Shown here: positions 58,843-64,000 of the stretch, piece after piece
How the letters are laid out: each line of letters begins with the position of its first letter
How positions within the stretch are numbered: the stretch's first letter is position 1
Source of the DNA: Trichinella spiralis
Taxonomy: Eukaryota
Length of the DNA stretch: 64,000 nucleotides
Reading direction: 5' to 3'
NCBI RefSeq assembly: GCF_000181795.1
Contig: NW_003526941.1
Location: 10,034,493 to 10,098,492, forward strand
The notes under the pieces: model-generated
Told to the model about the DNA's origin: nothing
What the model saw: only the letters and a program-made list of their open reading frames with translations
Database searches by the model: none
Made by a program: the position numbers and the translations under genes

Positions 58843-61800
58843 CAGCTAAGTGCTGTTCATTCAACTCGAAATAGGGGGTGGGCAGAATTTTCAGTTTAAG
58901 GCGATCTCCCTTCAGCTTAGTATTATTACGAGCTCAATGATGGGGATCATTAGACAGGAAAAAAGGGCGGGACAGCATAGCAGGAAGGAATGAGGGAGAG
59001 GTTGAAGGATGGAGGAGGTAAAAGTTGTCATATGCGTTCTTCCACTCAATCTTCACGTATAATATTCAGGCGTTGTTTCATTTATCAATACTGCCAACAT
59101 TGATGGGCATTGAGTTATTTTCTCAATGACAGAAAATAGGTGCATCTGTATAAGTCAGTGCTATTGGCGATACAATGACATAATAGAAACTTTAAGGAGT
59201 CATTTCAAAAATGAAGGGAACGTTACTGCCATTTTGAAAGTATCAAAGGTGGTAGTATAAAAGTGTGTTCTCTAGCTAACAGCAGCTTTCCTATGTCATG
59301 CTGAAACAATCTTGTGCACGATTTGAGCAGTGACAAGCATTTAGGGGTGCGATTGTGCGACTGCAGTATCCTGGTGACAGACATTTCCTTTAAACAATTG
59401 GGCAAGTATGTTACCTTAGCAATAAACATTACACTGGGCAGTAAACATAATGCAGGAGGGGTTCAACTGCTATGTCAGAATACTACTTTACAAATGGATT
59501 TGTAAGGACTATTGGAAATTATAGCAAAATATACCATTAGTACTATTATATAATGGCTTGGCCGTAATAAAGTCTCGAATATTAATTGAACATCATTACT
59601 GAAGAACAACGTGCTAGTTTCCATTCAAAAAGACTAAAATCAAACAACTACGAAAAGCTTAAAAAGCGCGCATGTTTAGTGCAGTGTGCCAAGAGAAAGA
59701 AAGCATTGTATGAAAAATAACAAATATATGAAAATTCATACCTGTCAGCAGACCTGTCAGGGATAACGTATAAAGCAAACGTAGAATCATACATTTTGTA
59801 ACCGATGTTCGTAGTTTCTTCACATTTTGAGTCTAACAATCACAACGCAATTGATGCAGTGAAGCATCGAAATGTCCAAACAACGCAGTGCAGTAAGTAA
59901 TTAGACCGCCCTTCAGCAGCGAACATTTATACTATACTGCAGTTCTCTCAATAAACAGAAATTTATATAAGGAACATTGCTACCGCATTATTTGAATAGC
60001 ACAAAGTGCACGTAGCAGAATGCCAATGGCAGTGTTTACCATCACATTAGCATAAAGTTATTCTGCTGACCTAGAAATGCATGTATGCCTTGAAAACGTA
60101 TAACAATCTAATGAGTCAACACCAAAGATTATAATAATAAAAGCCACTATCTATCACAAATAATATTGTGGCGTAAATTAAAGAAGTATAAAATAGTGTC
60201 TTACGTAAATGGGGCTGCACTGGCACGATAATAATATGTCGCAATATTCAGCAAAATTCATTCATTAATTTGACGGAACAGATTGTTTAGTGAACATTTG
60301 AATCAGACTTTGATCAACCACTTTGAAAAGAAGAAAAATGAATGCCTATAACAGAAGAATGGCAAAACATAACATTTACTTAAAACACAAGCATAATGAA
60401 TTGATTATTTAATATAATGCACATGCTGGGTTGAAGTAGTAAAAATTGCGCATCACGGTTGTCACTTTAGTCAGTGTGGAACCGGCAACATTGTTATCTT
60501 ATATGCATGGACAAAATACAGAAGCAAATTATTAAAAATTTTGTGTTAAAAATTAATAAGAAATTTGTGTTGTGCTTCGTGCCGTACGCGTTTCGCTTCG
60601 TATCGACAGCGTTTTCACTTTTTTTCTTCATTGTTCATATCTGTACATATGTTAAATATTAATTCAAAAATGTTTTCACTCCAATACACAGTACAAGTAA
60701 TGAGAACCTGAAAATTGAATTTTCAAATATATTAATTAACTGATTTTAATTAAGCGGTATAAGTGCAAAATATTTTGAAAAAAAGTAACACAAGTGGAAA
60801 GAATGAGGAATTACTTTTCAGTAATTTGACGTCATAAACTCAGAGAACGTTTAACGACGCTACCACTTGCCACGTAAGTCAAACGAACAAGTGCACCCCA
60901 ACTGATGATAAAGTACCTTTATGGTGATCGTTATTTGCATAGCGCAGTGTTGGAAACTGGTTTTTGTGCATTGGAACTTCTTGGTGAAGATCAACTCTAA
61001 AATATCCCGCGATACAATGTCAATAAGAGAAATGCACTGTTCAATTCTACCAATAAGGAATGGACTATTTGAAAATTCAAAAATGACCTTTATGTTTACA
61101 ATTCACCCGAAATATAAACTTTCTGGCGGATAACGCCATAACAAAAACATTTTCTTAGTCAAAACACGCCTCCACAGGGCTGAAGTTGAACTTTCAAAAT
61201 TCAAAAATGGCCTACATAAATGGAATTTGATTTCTAATACAATAAGACGCTTTCAACTGAGTAATTTTCTGTTTAGCTACTGAAAAAGATTATTTGCAAT
61301 AAATGCTGAGGTACTTAACGGACAAAACTACGCGCGCAGCATTAAAAGTGGTTTACGTGATATAGAAATTGTTGTAAAGATGAATTCTCACCTCATCTCG
61401 ACATAATATGAAAAACAAAAAGTACAGTTTTACAGAAGACAATATCTTATTTATCTACTGCTTACTACAAACTTGGGTAATTTAATTAAACTAAGAAAGA
61501 ACTTCACTCTTTCGAAGTATGCTAAACTATTTTATTTTAATTATTTATTTTTATTTATTTATTTTATTTTCTGAATATTTTGGCAGTTAAATATTTCAAA
61601 ATGTATTTTCTAATATTGATCGGGTCGACTGATATTTTCAATGGAACGGTTTTCAGTGCATTGTAACTTCTTGCTGAAGATCAAATCTAACCTATGCCGC
61701 GATAAAATATGAAAGGAAGAAATGCACTGTTAAATTCTATGAATAAGGACTATGTGGAAATTCAAAAATGACCTCAATTTTAAAAAATTAGTTAAAATAC

Positions 61801-63299
61801 AGACTATCTGACAAAAAAGACATAACAAAAAAGTTGACTTAAACAAAACACACCCACGTATGTGTGAAAATTAACTTAAGTCAGAAAACCAAGTAGCTCA
61901 AATTAAACTAATTTTTAATGAGCAATTTTCAGGCAAAAGCTTGCTTATAATCTGTTGAACGTACGTGCATGTTAGCTACTGAAAAGTGGATTTTCGAAAG
62001 ACCATATTTTAATAATAAATAAACAATGTGTACAGGATGAAATTTAATATTAAATTAAATTAATCAACCTTATTAAATCACCTATCATCTCGGCAAAGCA
62101 TCGAACGAAATGGAAAATACAATTTCAATTCAAAATTTATCATTCATAAATCGCATCTACTATGATGCATTATTATAACTGAATGATTGTAGTCAAATGT
62201 AGAAAAATGAAAATCTATTAAAAATTCTAATTAATTAACTTACATACAAAATTTCAACAAATATCACTATAGACCATTCTCATCTATTTTGAAAAATTAT
62301 GCTCATTATCGATTCTCAACTGCATTTATTAAGTAATTACCACTAAAAAAAGAAAAAACTGCCACTTACTACCACAATAAATGCATCGTCTTCTCATTGT
62401 TGATGTTCATACTACTCTTTCAATGTTGATTGAAAAATTATTTCCATAAATAATAATGAATAATAAAAATCAAATGAACTGTTTGGCATTTAATGTTGGT
62501 GGTATGCAGTTAATTTTCCAATCAAAACGCAGTGCTTCCATCCACGGACGGAGTGAAACTAAAATTATTTTCATTAAAGCAATCAAATTCGTATTCAAAT
62601 TTTTATTTCATTCATTTCTGCTGATAAATATCACCAGCGCATAATTTTCATTGCTTTATTTATTGACTTAATAATTATTTATTTACTTAAGTAATGCATT
62701 GTGTTTGAGAGAAAATTTAACTGTAGCCCTGCCAAACGAAAAAGCAATTCTCGTTGCGGAAGCACTAATTTCATTTCTATTCCTATGTATAATTTAAATA
62801 GCGGAAAAGTAAAAAAATGAAATTTATACTTAATTCTTATATTAAATTCTATTAAATACTGGCTTATTATATGAAGAGAGAAAAAGTAATAATTTGATGA
62901 AACACTTCAAACAGAGTAACAAATTAAACAATCAATGACAGTTATTTGAAAATTCAAAAATGACCTCGTCATTTACAATTTCAGTCAAAATATTAACTAT
63001 GCGGACAACTTACCCCATAACACAGACCTTGATTTACTTGAAACGCTCCTCCCCATTTTCTCGATTTATGGGGGGCAGATTCAAAAATGATCTTCATTAA
63101 TAGAACGTCTTGGCTGAATGGCTTTTTCAGAAGATATTAAACACCAGGACGGCCAAGGAAAAAACTAATATTTTATCTAATGTTCTTTTGATGATCAAAT
63201 TTTTCAAAAAAATAGACCTTTAAAATAAGAATAAGAATTCCCCTGTAAAAAAACGAACTTTTGATATCTTGCTTTCTAAAACAAAACACTAATCGCTTT
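58843..63299. repeat. Contig composed almost entirely of the composite repeat family
   Basis: Inverted matches to 28.1-29.1, 30.1-30.9 and 36.2-38.2 kb. Contains an internal diverged direct duplication, ~60950-61170 versus ~61640-61860. Confidence 0.85.
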
Positions 63300-63331
63300 N
63301 NNNNNNNNNTCAAATATTGTGCTATAAATTT

Positions 63332-63545
63332 CCTGGGGGATAGCCTAAGGGCATATGCAAATTTTTATTTGCCCTGGGGCATAGCCTAAGGGCAAAGCCT
63401 GGGGCTATATTTTAAAAAATTCGAAATTTTCAGAATTTTGCCTGAGGCATAGCCTAAGGCGTAGCCTTAGGGCAAATAAAAATTTGCATATTACCCACAG
63501 GCGATTAAAAATTTGCATATTTTATTAAATAAATCGCCTCAGGCT
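63332..63545. repeat. Palindromic (foldback/MITE-like) element rich in GCCN3-4GGC and ATGCAAAT motifs
   Basis: Perfect 23-bp inverted repeat: 63353-63375 (ATATGCAAATTTTTATTTGCCCT) and 63469-63491. Confidence 0.8.
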
Positions 63546-63574
63546 TTTTAAAATTTGTAATTTCAATATTCACA

Positions 63575-63905
63575 TGTACATTCACCCTAATCACTACTTA
63601 CCTTTGCACTTACACTTACCTTCACCCTAAACACTACTTACCTTTACACTTATACTTACCTTCACACTTACCTTTACAGTTATACTTACCTTCACCCTAA
63701 ACACTACATACCTTCACCCTTATACTTACCTTCATAATTATACTTGACTTCACCCTATACAATATTTGCCTTCACACTTCACACTACCTGCCTTCACCTA
63801 TGCAGTATTCACCTTCACATTTATACTTACCTTCACACCTATTCTTACCTGACTTGCCCTTAACTATTAGACTACTTACCTATTTATCTTCATACTTACC
63901 CATAG
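63575..63905. repeat. Degenerate minisatellite with ACTTACCTTCAC core
   Basis: About 11 CTTACC cores at irregular spacing (mostly 12-40 nt), on a strongly G-poor plus strand. Confidence 0.85.
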
Positions 63906-64000
63906 TCTGCTTCCTTGTCTTTTTAGACTTTAGTTTTTAGACACTACGCTATTTACTTAGCCATGTTGCCTTTAACTGACTCTCTGAATCCATAACTAAA

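Noticed and set aside
63332..63905. CRISPR array or true telomere
   Set aside because: The context is eukaryotic, there is no repeat-spacer periodicity with unique spacers, and GCCTAA/CCCTAA hexamers are isolated rather than tandem.

Overview
This is AT-rich eukaryotic genomic DNA with compact genes and short GT-AG introns. It is most consistent with a nematode, probably Trichinella or another clade I species (my inference from gene structure and a recalled repeat family). It is a draft scaffold with 11 N-gaps. Recognisable genes: kynurenine aminotransferase (-), PICK1, an Rpp14/Pop5-family RNase P subunit, KDSR and NEDD8 (all +, an operon-like cluster), cobalamin-dependent methionine synthase (-, 5' part lost in a gap), Sec61-alpha and a RIPOR/FAM65 gene (each present twice), an MCRIP/FAM195-like gene, RNA polymerase I subunit RPA49/POLR1E, a signal-peptide/CTL-like/EGF/TM receptor gene apparently split across two contigs, and an intronless multi-pass membrane protein. 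About 10 kb of the 16-28 kb region nearly duplicates 42-54 kb. The contigs between about 16 and 40 kb appear to be in reversed order but the same orientation, which points to a haplotig/scaffolding artefact. A composite dispersed repeat family occupies 28-31, 36-38, 40-41 and 59-63 kb. The window ends in a palindromic GCCNNNGGC/octamer element followed by a degenerate CTTACC satellite. I found no clearly novel system. The best leads are the split receptor gene, a structured GC-rich island upstream of RIPOR, the terminal palindrome and satellite, and a long overlapping ORF on the intronless membrane gene. Exon boundaries were read by eye and are approximate.
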